DNA of 64,000 nt from an uncultured Bacteroidales bacterium (GTDB lineage: Bacteria; Bacteroidota; Bacteroidia; Bacteroidales; B18-G4). The position numbers and the translations under genes were made by a program. Below are positions 37,596-46,541 of this stretch, in pieces. The notes beneath the pieces were generated by a model that did no database searches, was not told the DNA's origin, and was given only the letters and a program-made list of their open reading frames with translations. Numbering within the stretch: position 1 is the stretch's first letter; the number at the start of each line of letters is the position of its first letter. The DNA lies in contig CAVWAP010000002.1 of NCBI GenBank assembly GCA_963753055.1, forward strand, positions 39,902-103,901, given 5' to 3'.

Positions 37596-38654
37596 CTATT
37601 TTATTAGATCAAACACAGTAGTAAACCCCAGCCCCTTGTTAGAGGCAACCCAGAGCGCAATCAACAGGATAACCACCAGCACAACATAGGTATAATGAAT
37701 ACGGATCTTGATTTTTCGGATTTTAAAACGGGGCCGCCTGTGGCGGTTGAACCAAACAGGGATAATGATGAAGCCCATGGTTATGAATGTGAGCAGCTCG
37801 TAAGTGAAATTCAGGTTATCCGGATCAAATAACATTGCCAGGAGGAGGCTTCCGACTATCCAGGGAAGAATAACCTGGTTGATTATAAACCTTCTCCGGT
37901 TGTCTGAGTTGATCATGGTAAGAGAGGTTGTGGTTTCCAGGAAAGGCCGTGTTGCACGCAACCCAATCCAGAACAACAGGATCAAAGCGATAAATGCCAA
38001 AAAGAACATCAAGACCTGCTGAATATTCAGCAGGCGTGTAACGTCCTTAAAACCTTCATTTGTAATTGCCCCGTACATCAGGGCACCAAAGAAATGATTA
38101 ATGCTATGCAGGGCAAGCCAAAGGACAAAAAGACGCTGAAGACCTGAAAAGAATTTTAACCTGAACACCCAGGTGAATAAGATCAAACCAAGAACGAGGG
38201 TCAGATTAGGTCCCACCGAGGCGATGAACAGGATCCCCAGCCGGGAATATAATGACGCGTGGCCGGTAAACACCATCCTGTGATATTGCTGGATGGTGCC
38301 GGTGCCCCACAGGCTGGCCCCGGCCAGGATAATTAGTTGGTACAGGAAGTATACCAGGATGAATGTGATGATATATATGGCCGTGGAGTCGACCGCAAGG
38401 TATAGAAACGTTCTGTTTTGTTTTTCAAATAGCGGAATACCCGGCAGGGGGGGGAAGAAATTGCGAATACGCTTCCTGGACCTGCTCCTGACCCTTTGTG
38501 GCTTTTGCTTTTCTTCCTGCTGGTGCTCTTTGATGCGCCGCCGGATCACTTTTTTCTTATACCGTCGCTTGGCCCGCTCCTCCCGTTCGAAGCTTACCTT
38601 TTTAAAGTACAGGCGTATACGCTCATTAATTGTGCTTCGTTTCTTGTGGGGCAT
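37596..38654 (-). CDS. Polytopic membrane protein with highly basic N-terminal tail (unknown family)
   Basis: 352 aa. The first ~65 residues are K/R-rich (RRYKKKVIRRRIKEHQQEEKQKPQRVRSRSRKRIR), followed by about 8 predicted TM helices. Confidence 0.55.
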   Translation of the reverse strand: MPHKKRSTINERIRLYFKKVSFEREERAKRRYKKKVIRRRIKEHQQEEKQKPQRVRSRSRKRIRNFFPPLPGIPLFEKQNRTFLYLAVDSTAIYIITFILVYFLYQLIILAGASLWGTGTIQQYHRMVFTGHASLYSRLGILFIASVGPNLTLVLGLILFTWVFRLKFFSGLQRLFVLWLALHSINHFFGALMYGAITNEGFKDVTRLLNIQQVLMFFLAFIALILLFWIGLRATRPFLETTTSLTMINSDNRRRFIINQVILPWIVGSLLLAMLFDPDNLNFTYELLTFITMGFIIIPVWFNRHRRPRFKIRKIKIRIHYTYVVLVVILLIALWVASNKGLGFTTVFDLIK

Positions 38655-38663
38655 TGTTATAAA

Positions 38664-38739
38664 CAGTGATCACTGATCACTGAACACTGAACAGAAAAAC
38701 AGATCACTACTGTTCACTGCTCAGTGTTCAGTGTTCACT
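38664..38739. repeat. Imperfect long hairpin made of CAGTGAWCA words in a divergent promoter region
   Basis: The sequence is cagtgatcactgatcactgaacactgaacag - aaaaacagatcacta - ctgttcactgctcagtgttcagtgttcact. Confidence 0.85.
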
Positions 38740-38810
38740 AATTAGATAGTAATTTAATTCAAATATATCTATTTTAGCCATCAATTACTATCAAAGCCAG
38801 GAAAAACCAA

Positions 38811-39383
38811 ATGCTCAAACGGCTCGACAACAAGATCAACAAGTTTCTGGAAAAGCATAAGTTGCGACCATTGAAGGATGTATTTTTTTTCATCCTCATA
38901 ACAATTGTAATTCATTTTTCCTGGCGCTCATGGGCTATAGACGGGCACTACTGGCCCATACAGGAGTTCATGCGAGATGCCGGCAATTTTATGGCCAAGG
39001 TGGTATTTATTCAAAGCTCCTGGTTTAATGAACATATCCTGGGACTTGAATTTACTACAGAAGGACAGACCATGTATTTTGTGAATAATGGCTACATAGG
39101 TCTTAATGCAAGCTGTTCAGGACTCAAGCAATTTACCCAGTTTGCTCTCTTGATGATGCTTTACCCCGGACCCTGGAAAAAGAAACTCTGGTTTATTCCC
39201 ATGGGTGTTGTCATCGTACACCTTACTAATCTTTTCCGTATTATTGGCCTCAGCGTGGTCGTAATCCACTGGCCATCACAATGGCATTTCGGCCATGATT
39301 ACCTGTTCCGCCCCTTCTTCTATGTTGTGATATTCACCCTGTGGGTGATATGGGTTGAGAGGATCGGGAAACTTAAGAATTGA
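38811..39383 (+). CDS. Exosortase-family protein, XrtF-like
   Basis: 190 aa and polytopic. The candidate catalytic triad lies in the family-typical contexts NASCSGLKQF (Cys), LTNLFRIIG (Arg) and HFGHDYLF (His). The size fits the short Bacteroidota XrtF class. Confidence 0.65.
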   Translation: MLKRLDNKINKFLEKHKLRPLKDVFFFILITIVIHFSWRSWAIDGHYWPIQEFMRDAGNFMAKVVFIQSSWFNEHILGLEFTTEGQTMYFVNNGYIGLNASCSGLKQFTQFALLMMLYPGPWKKKLWFIPMGVVIVHLTNLFRIIGLSVVVIHWPSQWHFGHDYLFRPFFYVVIFTLWVIWVERIGKLKN

Positions 39384-39409
39384 CCAATTGGAGCTTGAAA
39401 TTTGGTGAA

Positions 39410-40120
39410 TTATTTTTTAAGGACCCTCTTCATCACCGTGTCTTTGTCTATTTTTTTGGTGCAGAAGAACCAGTCTTTGCAATCAACACCCTCTTCTTTT
39501 CCGTCCATCCGGTCCTTGGCACTACCACACGAGCCTGCCGGTGGAACGATGACTTCATCACCGGGCCGCCAATCAGCTGGAGTAGCAACACCAAAAGCAT
39601 CAGCTGTTTGCAGAGCAATCAACACCCTGTATAGTTCGTCAAAATTACGTCCCAGGCTCAAGGGATAGTAAATAATGGTACGAATAATCCCCTTGGGGTC
39701 AACAAAAAATACAGCCCTGACAGCCTTGGTAGAGTCTTCATTTGGCTGAATCATGCCATATTTTTGAGCAACATTCATACTGATGTCTTCAATCAGTGGA
39801 AATGTAACCTCCACATCTTTCATGCCCTTGTATTCGATTTTTTCTTTTATAGTACGCAGCCATGCTATATGACTGAAAAGCCCATCAATAGATAATCCTA
39901 CCAGTTTGCAATTCGCCTCATTAAATTTATCTTCCATTGTTGCAAAAGTCATAAACTCAGATGTACAGACAGGTGTGAAGTCGGCCGGGTGACTGAAAAG
40001 GATAACCCAGTCTCCTTTATAATCTGCCGGGAAATTAATTTCGCCCTGTGTTGTAACGGCTTTAAATTCCGGTGCCGGATCGCCAATCCTTGGCATTGAT
40101 GTAATTTGATTTTCTTCCAT
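39410..40120 (-). CDS. Peroxiredoxin (Prx6/1-Cys-like, AhpC/TSA family)
   Basis: The motif FSHPADFTPVCTSE contains the peroxidatic Cys, and the rest has a collinear Prx fold. The plus-strand ORFs 39380..39668 are antisense shadows. Confidence 0.9.
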   Translation of the reverse strand: MEENQITSMPRIGDPAPEFKAVTTQGEINFPADYKGDWVILFSHPADFTPVCTSEFMTFATMEDKFNEANCKLVGLSIDGLFSHIAWLRTIKEKIEYKGMKDVEVTFPLIEDISMNVAQKYGMIQPNEDSTKAVRAVFFVDPKGIIRTIIYYPLSLGRNFDELYRVLIALQTADAFGVATPADWRPGDEVIVPPAGSCGSAKDRMDGKEEGVDCKDWFFCTKKIDKDTVMKRVLKK

Positions 40121-40167
40121 AATTGCTAATATTTAAGTTTGTAAAAATTTATTTTGTTTGTGTATTT

Positions 40168-40599
40168 TTATTTCTTTCGTTTTAAGAACCGGCCATTTAG
40201 CTGGAGCTTAATTTCCTCAATTTCAAACCCGGACACTCCCTTATTTTGAAAATAACCCCGAAGAATCTCATCAAGGTCATCATCCATATAGTCTTCAATT
40301 CTATCTGATTCGGAGCAATACAGGTGGTGGTGTTGATGCATCATGCCATCGTACCTCATGATATCCTTATCAGTTTTGACTTTTTGGATTATTTTCTTTT
40401 CAACCAACGCATCCAGAACCTTATACACGGTGCCTGTGGCAATATTGGGGTGTGTTTGCCGGATATAATCAACAATGTTTTCAGCCGTTGGGTGATTGTT
40501 CAGTTTATATATTGCCTCAAGCACAGCAAGGCGCTGTGGTGTAACCTTCAGGTCTGCGTGTTTAAGCGTATTTTGTGATTGACTAACAGTAAATCCCAT
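40168..40599 (-). CDS. Fur-family transcriptional regulator (PerR-like by context)
   Basis: 143 aa. The motif TPQRLAVLEAIYKLNNHPTAENIVDYI....P.IATGTVYKVLDALVEKKII is a Fur wHTH. His-rich HQHHHLYC forms the metal site. It sits adjacent to the peroxiredoxin gene. Confidence 0.8.
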   Translation of the reverse strand: MGFTVSQSQNTLKHADLKVTPQRLAVLEAIYKLNNHPTAENIVDYIRQTHPNIATGTVYKVLDALVEKKIIQKVKTDKDIMRYDGMMHQHHHLYCSESDRIEDYMDDDLDEILRGYFQNKGVSGFEIEEIKLQLNGRFLKRKK

Positions 40600-40684
40600 A
40601 TCGAATTAAACCTATTTAAGAATGATTCTCTTTTAAGAATAAACAAAGATAAGCATAATTTGTTCAATGGGATGGCATCTCCAT

Positions 40685-41941
40685 TTATAACCCAGCCTTC
40701 ACGATCTTTTTTAGCTGAACATTATTGCCCACTTGAAGCTTTAGGTAGTAAATGCCAGCTGGAATGCCGGCCATATCAACCACCACCTCATGCTCACCTG
40801 CGGGCATCACTTCATGAATCAATTCACGAATCCTCTTTCCCTCAATCGAATATAAATCACATATCAGATACCTGATATCATGAATCAGATATCGCAGACG
40901 CAACGCGTCTGCGCAGGGATTGGGATATATAGAAACAATAACCTCATTATTCTCACCAATACCCGCCCCGCTTATGGTATATTTCAATATGGTACCATTA
41001 TCACCGACAGCCCAGCCAAAATCGCTGCTTGCAAAACCTACATCATTAAGGTTTTCTGTGACACCGGAAACCTGCGACGACCAGCCAACTAAAAATCCTG
41101 CTTTGTGAAGAATGGTGCCGGCATCACCGACTGTCCAGAATTTATTAACTGTCACATCGCCATGAACGGCATTAAGATTGTTTTCTGTTCCGGAAGCCGG
41201 CTCATACCAGTTTGTCCAGTTGTCGATGGTTCCGATGATCAACCCTTGCTCACCAACAGCCCAGCCATCCGCGACCCCATAATCAATCATACCATAAAGG
41301 TCCTTGCCAAGGGATGGGATGGAAATGTTTATAGCCCAACCATTTCCAACAATTCCAGCATTGTTGGTAATTAGAAAAGTACCTCCAACCCCACAAATTT
41401 GACCCACCAGATTATCCCGGAAATAGACGCCATATAGTTCTCCGCTTACCCCGAGCAATTCCATCTGACGACCCCAGCTTTCGCCACCATCATCAGTAAA
41501 GATGATCCAGCCGGCAACGCCACCCTTTCCGACAATCCAGCCCCTGGTATCATTGATGAAGAAAACATCAAAGAAATAATTGGCCCTGGGGTGTTCCTTG
41601 TTTTGCCACGTCTGACCCCCATCATTGGTAATCATGACAAGGGTACTGTCGGTAGGCTCTTCTCCCCAACCAACCAGACAACCATGCTGGCTGTTGGTGA
41701 AAAAGATACTTTCCAGATGTTGTTGAGGAAAGGTGTGCTTGAGTTCCCAGGTCGTTCCACCATCTTCGGTATATAAAAGTGTTCCATTGACACCGGCTAT
41801 CCAGACATGCTGTTCGTCGATAACACTGATCGAAATCAAATTATCAGTGACCGGGGAATTTTGTTGGTACCAACCCGGATCTTGCCCAAATGATACTTGA
41901 AAGGCAAGTAGGATGAGGGGAAATAATGTAAGTTTTTTCAT
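40685..41941 (-). CDS. BNR/Asp-box beta-propeller (Ycf48-like) T9SS cargo protein
   Basis: Signal peptide, Asp-boxes (TEDGGTTW, TNDGGQTW, TDDGGESW), and a C-terminal CTD IYPNPCADALRLRYLIHDIRYLICDLYSIEGK...GIPAGIYYLKLQVG. Confidence 0.8.
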   Translation of the reverse strand: MKKLTLFPLILLAFQVSFGQDPGWYQQNSPVTDNLISISVIDEQHVWIAGVNGTLLYTEDGGTTWELKHTFPQQHLESIFFTNSQHGCLVGWGEEPTDSTLVMITNDGGQTWQNKEHPRANYFFDVFFINDTRGWIVGKGGVAGWIIFTDDGGESWGRQMELLGVSGELYGVYFRDNLVGQICGVGGTFLITNNAGIVGNGWAINISIPSLGKDLYGMIDYGVADGWAVGEQGLIIGTIDNWTNWYEPASGTENNLNAVHGDVTVNKFWTVGDAGTILHKAGFLVGWSSQVSGVTENLNDVGFASSDFGWAVGDNGTILKYTISGAGIGENNEVIVSIYPNPCADALRLRYLIHDIRYLICDLYSIEGKRIRELIHEVMPAGEHEVVVDMAGIPAGIYYLKLQVGNNVQLKKIVKAGL

Positions 41942-41964
41942 AATGTATCAGTTTTCAGTTGTCA

Positions 41965-41991
41965 GTTCTCAGTTAAGTAACAACTGAGAAC
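41965..41991 (-). terminator. Perfect 10-bp hairpin (gttctcagtt aagtaac aactgagaac) of CAGTT words between tandem T9SS genes
   Basis: Read directly. It is placed 11 nt downstream of the stop of gene 42002..42991. No U-run follows, so the terminator role is inferred. Confidence 0.45.
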
Positions 41992-42001
41992 CGAGAACTT
42001 G

Positions 42002-42991
42002 TTAATGAACTACCACCAATTTCAAAATTGTATTCTCGCTTCCCGCCTGAATACGGATCATATAAATGCCACCAGGCAAGTCACTCACATCAAACTCAAA
42101 ATCATGGGCGCCGGGCATCATCGATTCATTTATGAGTTCTTTTATTTTTATTCCCGTAACCGAAAACAAATCACATATCAGATACCTGTCCCGAGTACTT
42201 CGACTTTGCTCAGTATAAACTCCGCCGAGGGATCCGATATCATGAATCAGATATCGCAGACGCACCGCGTCTGCGCAGGGATTAGGGTAAACCGACACCT
42301 CATCAAGCTCTTTTTCCTCAATGCCAACCAAGAAATCACACTCACCCTGCGGAACCTCCGTGTACCACCCCAGAATATCATCATGATAACACCTGAAGGC
42401 ACCACCTTCGCCCAGGTCGGCAACAGGACAGTTTTCTGTGATGTTGGGCAAAAGGTAATAACTGGTATTGCCAATATATTCTATTACTTCTGCAGGATTA
42501 CCGAGGCTCCAATATGAGCCTTCCCCGGGAGTTAAAAGAAGTATATTCAACTGGAACCCATTAAGCTCAACAGTGTCGGAGAATTCACAATTTACAAGCC
42601 CGACACTGTCACAAATTGTATCAACGGAATAAGTGTAAGGTACCTGCCACTGGGTTCCCTGCCCTGCACCAAAATCATAAAGGGTGTAAACCACATGATT
42701 TCGCCAGATGTACACCTTGTTATCCTCATAATAAGTATATTCCCGCCCGATTTCTCCATGAAAATAGATAGATGTTATGTGATTATAGGAATGTTGGGTT
42801 TTTACCAATACCCTGTAGGTTTGCCCGTCAATTACCGTATCGCTGACCGCTTCGATCATCATATAACCCTCAACACCAAAACCATCAACAGAATAATACC
42901 ATGTAGCTCCCGGTGGGGCCCATTCTTGCGCAAATGATCTTGAGCTGAAAATAAAAATCAATAAAAGAAGCAGAAATCTCTTGTTAAACAT
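42002..42991 (-). CDS. T9SS cargo protein (unknown N-terminal domain)
   Basis: 329 aa with a signal peptide (LLLLLIFIFSSRSFAQ). Its CTD is homologous to the neighbouring gene's but carries a 16-aa in-frame insertion. Confidence 0.75.
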   Translation of the reverse strand: MFNKRFLLLLLIFIFSSRSFAQEWAPPGATWYYSVDGFGVEGYMMIEAVSDTVIDGQTYRVLVKTQHSYNHITSIYFHGEIGREYTYYEDNKVYIWRNHVVYTLYDFGAGQGTQWQVPYTYSVDTICDSVGLVNCEFSDTVELNGFQLNILLLTPGEGSYWSLGNPAEVIEYIGNTSYYLLPNITENCPVADLGEGGAFRCYHDDILGWYTEVPQGECDFLVGIEEKELDEVSVYPNPCADAVRLRYLIHDIGSLGGVYTEQSRSTRDRYLICDLFSVTGIKIKELINESMMPGAHDFEFDVSDLPGGIYMIRIQAGSENTILKLVVVH

Positions 42992-43216
42992 GTCGGATGC
43001 TTTTTGAGTGTCTAATATAACACCAAGTTACATGTTTAATCAATATAAATCAAGCAGGGATTTATAAATTGTTAATATTGAACTGTTAATTGTTGATTTG
43101 GAAATTGGTAGTAAGCTGCTGTGATGAAAGCGGTCCATAACCCACCTGTGCAGAGACAGGATAATATGAACCGCAGTAACTTTATTAGAGCCAATAAATA
43201 ATCGACTGATCCGGTA

Positions 43217-43873
43217 TTAGTCGTCTTTCAGGACTCTGTGTCCCAACGCATACCTTACCAGCCCGGCTGTGTTTTTCACACCAATCTTGCTTAACAACCG
43301 TGCTCTGTGTCCATCGACAGTCCTTTTACTGATGTCGAGCCGGGTGGCGATCTCCTTGGTGGTGAGGCCATGACTGATCATCTCGAGGACTTCTCCTTCA
43401 CGGTTGGTTAAATGACTGGCATTTTCTTTATCCCCAGCCTTCATTTCCATCTCAATTTCACTGAATGAAGACTGAAAAATTGTTGATGAAAAGTAGTGAT
43501 TTCCCTCATGCACTTTATCCAGTGCCTGGATAAACTCCTCTTTAGTGGTGGAATTACTGATAAAACCTTTAATTCCTAACTGAAGGAGTTCCGAAATATT
43601 CTGGACTTCCAGATTATTGAAAATCACTATGTATTTTACTGAGGGGTTTTGCTTCATGTAGTCTTTAAAATCAGTCCTCCCCTCATTTTGGATCCACTGG
43701 ATGGTACTGATAACGATGAGGTATTTTTGTAGCTTTGATTTTTCAACGAATTCATCCCAGAAGCTAGCCTTTGCAACCAGTTTATATCCCTGAACACCAC
43801 GGAGCCAGGATGATATACCTTGTTTAATGAGTTCGTTATCATCTGCTATAAATACCTTGACAGATGAGTTCAT
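43217..43873 (-). CDS. LuxR/NarL-family regulator with atypical (pseudo-)receiver domain
   Basis: The C-terminal HTH_LuxR reads LTNREGEVLEMISHGLTTKEIATRLDISKRTVDGHRARLLSKIG. The N-terminal receiver keeps the DD pair (IADDNE) but has LIVISTIQW where the phospho-acceptor Asp is expected. Confidence 0.75.
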   Translation of the reverse strand: MNSSVKVFIADDNELIKQGISSWLRGVQGYKLVAKASFWDEFVEKSKLQKYLIVISTIQWIQNEGRTDFKDYMKQNPSVKYIVIFNNLEVQNISELLQLGIKGFISNSTTKEEFIQALDKVHEGNHYFSSTIFQSSFSEIEMEMKAGDKENASHLTNREGEVLEMISHGLTTKEIATRLDISKRTVDGHRARLLSKIGVKNTAGLVRYALGHRVLKDD

Positions 43874-44045
43874 AGTAGTCGTAATTTATTAGTTCTCTTC
43901 GGGTTTAGATCTGCAAATTAGTTTATTATTAAGGCTTTGTCAATAGGTAAAAACCCGAATTTTGAGAACATGGATCCTTAAAAAACCAAATATACAGAGG
44001 GTTTAGTTAAATTCCAAATTCCAAATTCCAAATTCTAACCTTCAA

Positions 44046-46535
44046 CTATCTGTTAAAGATTCGCTTAATTACGGACTTCTTCTTCTCCATTTCCCGGTCA
44101 TCAGTGTAGTAACCATAACCGTAGCCATAGCCATAACCGTAGCCATAACCGTAGCCGTAGCCGTAACCATAGCCATAGCCATAGCTGTATCCATACCCGG
44201 TACGGCCCAGCTTAACATCATTGATCAGGATGCAGACATTGGGGATTTGTCGCGACTCAACATCTTTGATAATGGAACCAAACACCTTCTTATTGGTGAA
44301 ATTCTGGCGTACGATGAAGATATTGGCATCTGTATGCTTCATCAGCAGGAAAGCATCTGTAACAAGGCCCACCGGGGGAGTGTCAATGATGATGAAATCA
44401 TATATTTCCTTGAGCTGCTCAAAAAGTTTGTCGGTTTCTGCAGAAGCAATTAACTCAGCAGGATTAGGAGGGACGGGGCCTGCCATGATGATATCCAGAT
44501 TATCAATACTGGAACGCTGAATAATATCATCCAGAGAGCTTTTTCCTATCATATAGGTGCTGATCCCCTCGGTATTGGTGAGCTCAAAATCCTGGTAAAT
44601 CTTAGGTTTCCTTAGGTCGAAGCCCATCAGGAGGGTTTTCTTGCCGTAAAAAGCATAAATAGAGGCAATATTAATGGCAATAAATGTTTTTCCGGCACTT
44701 ACCATATCCGATGTGATCAGAATGGTTTGTTTTTCTTTGTTCTTGAGAATGTATTGCATGTTGGTCCGGACCGACCGGAACGATTCAGCAATAGATGATT
44801 TAGGGGCTTCGGCCACAACAAGATTGGTTAATTTGGTGCTGTGTACCACATGGCCAATGATGGGAAGCCTTGTAAGGTTCTCCACGTCCTTGCGCTCAAC
44901 GATCTTATCATTGAAATAATCCCGGCCAAGGATATAAATAATTGGCAGGATCAGCCCCAATAAGATTGCGATGGTATAATTCAGGCTTTTCTTGGGCAAC
45001 ACCTGTGCCCTGGCTTCTTCCCGTGCAACATCAATCACTTCATTGTCAGGGAAGTTAGATGCCTCGGTAATCTGCGCCTCTGAACGTTTCTGGAGCAAAT
45101 AAGTATATATTGCGTTATTGAGCTTAAACTCTCTCTCAATACCGAATAGCAAACGCTGTGTATGTGGCAGGCGACGGATCCGTATTTCAATCTCCGCAAT
45201 CCTGCCGTCAATATCCTTAATTGCAATATTTGATGTTAGAATGATGTTACTTACATTTTCAAGCAGGGCATTCCGCGTATTCCTGATCTTCAGGTTCAAC
45301 TCTTCAACAAATGGGTTCTTTTCGCTTGATGCAGTGAGCATCTCTGTTTTTTGATTGTACAGGCTGATCAGGGTTACACTTAACTGGTTCAACAAAGGAT
45401 CTTCAATACCCATGGAAGAAGGGACCACCAGCTTATCCAGGTCCTCCTGGTGTTTTTCAACATACTTCTGGAGGCTGGCATAATATTTCGACTTAACCAT
45501 CAGCTCTGCCTTCTGGTCCTGTAAGGTCTTCATGAATTCAAATGCTTGCTGTGCCTCAAAATCCATATCCATGACCTCATTGTTCAGTCGGAAGTCCTCC
45601 AGTACCTGCTCAGTATTGATCAGCGTGTCTTCAATATCAGCTAATTCCGTGTTGATAAACTCTATCGTATTCCTTGCAACCTTGTTTTTCTTTTCCAGCT
45701 CCCGGGCAAGGTACTCCAGGGTGAGCGTATTCAGGAAATCAACAAGCTTTTTAACATTGCTTCCTTCGAGCGAGATCCTAAGCAAAGAAGCTTCTCTTTC
45801 TGTTGGTTCGATCTTTAGGGCCTGGAAATTCTTGGCCAGGGCTTGCATGTTGTTAAACTGAAAATACAAATCCCGGTCAATATCAATATCTGGCTCAAAA
45901 TTGCTGTTAAGTAAAATCCGGAAGCTGAAATATTCATCCTCAATAATTTCTCCAAAAACAAATTCCTGGTCAAGGCTTATTGCATCGATTTTAATATCTT
46001 CAACCACATCCTTGGTTCTATAATCGTATAAACCAATCTCCATGGCTTCGGCCTCAAGACGAAATTTGTTGCTAGACAGAATAGTTACATGGAATTTTAA
46101 ATCTAATGGCTGAGGAGCGTTAGTATCAAACACCACGGTAAATGGTGATTCGTTATAAAGTTCTTTGCTGATAAAATTCTCAACTTTGAAATAAGAAACT
46201 TCAAACTCAAGCTTATTAATGGTCCTGCTTGCCAGGTTGTAGGATTTCAGGATGCCTACTTCATTTTCTATGTTTTGCTGCTGACGGCCTATAAAGCCCA
46301 TCCCTATCAGGTCCTGGGCGTCCATAGTTGCGTCTATTTTAACCAGGACAGTTGTGTTGACCTCGTAAACAGGCTTTGTATACTTATTAAATAAGAAGGC
46401 GACAACCAGGGCAACAATCACGGTAAAGGCAAAAATATACCAGTAACGATAAAACTTGAAGAACAATACCTTGTAATCTATCGGTTCTTCCTTGTCAATT
46501 TGATAAATTCTTTCTTGTTCAAGGTTCGCTTCCAT
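44046..46535 (-). CDS. Polysaccharide co-polymerase / BY-kinase (Wzc-like tyrosine autokinase)
   Basis: 829 aa with a Wzz-type N-terminal domain containing 2 TM helices and a coiled-coil periplasmic region. The C-terminal P-loop kinase has Walker A SAGKT and Walker A' IIIDTPP. The tail is GYGYSYGYGY...GYGYY with 16 Tyr. Confidence 0.85.
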   Translation of the reverse strand: MEANLEQERIYQIDKEEPIDYKVLFFKFYRYWYIFAFTVIVALVVAFLFNKYTKPVYEVNTTVLVKIDATMDAQDLIGMGFIGRQQQNIENEVGILKSYNLASRTINKLEFEVSYFKVENFISKELYNESPFTVVFDTNAPQPLDLKFHVTILSSNKFRLEAEAMEIGLYDYRTKDVVEDIKIDAISLDQEFVFGEIIEDEYFSFRILLNSNFEPDIDIDRDLYFQFNNMQALAKNFQALKIEPTEREASLLRISLEGSNVKKLVDFLNTLTLEYLARELEKKNKVARNTIEFINTELADIEDTLINTEQVLEDFRLNNEVMDMDFEAQQAFEFMKTLQDQKAELMVKSKYYASLQKYVEKHQEDLDKLVVPSSMGIEDPLLNQLSVTLISLYNQKTEMLTASSEKNPFVEELNLKIRNTRNALLENVSNIILTSNIAIKDIDGRIAEIEIRIRRLPHTQRLLFGIEREFKLNNAIYTYLLQKRSEAQITEASNFPDNEVIDVAREEARAQVLPKKSLNYTIAILLGLILPIIYILGRDYFNDKIVERKDVENLTRLPIIGHVVHSTKLTNLVVAEAPKSSIAESFRSVRTNMQYILKNKEKQTILITSDMVSAGKTFIAINIASIYAFYGKKTLLMGFDLRKPKIYQDFELTNTEGISTYMIGKSSLDDIIQRSSIDNLDIIMAGPVPPNPAELIASAETDKLFEQLKEIYDFIIIDTPPVGLVTDAFLLMKHTDANIFIVRQNFTNKKVFGSIIKDVESRQIPNVCILINDVKLGRTGYGYSYGYGYGYGYGYGYGYGYGYGYGYGYYTDDREMEKKKSVIKRIFNR

Positions 46536-46541
46536 GGGCGC

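Noticed and set aside
39380-39668. Plus-strand ORFs 39380..39634 and 39402..39668
   Set aside because: They are antisense to the well-supported peroxiredoxin gene and have no recognisable features.
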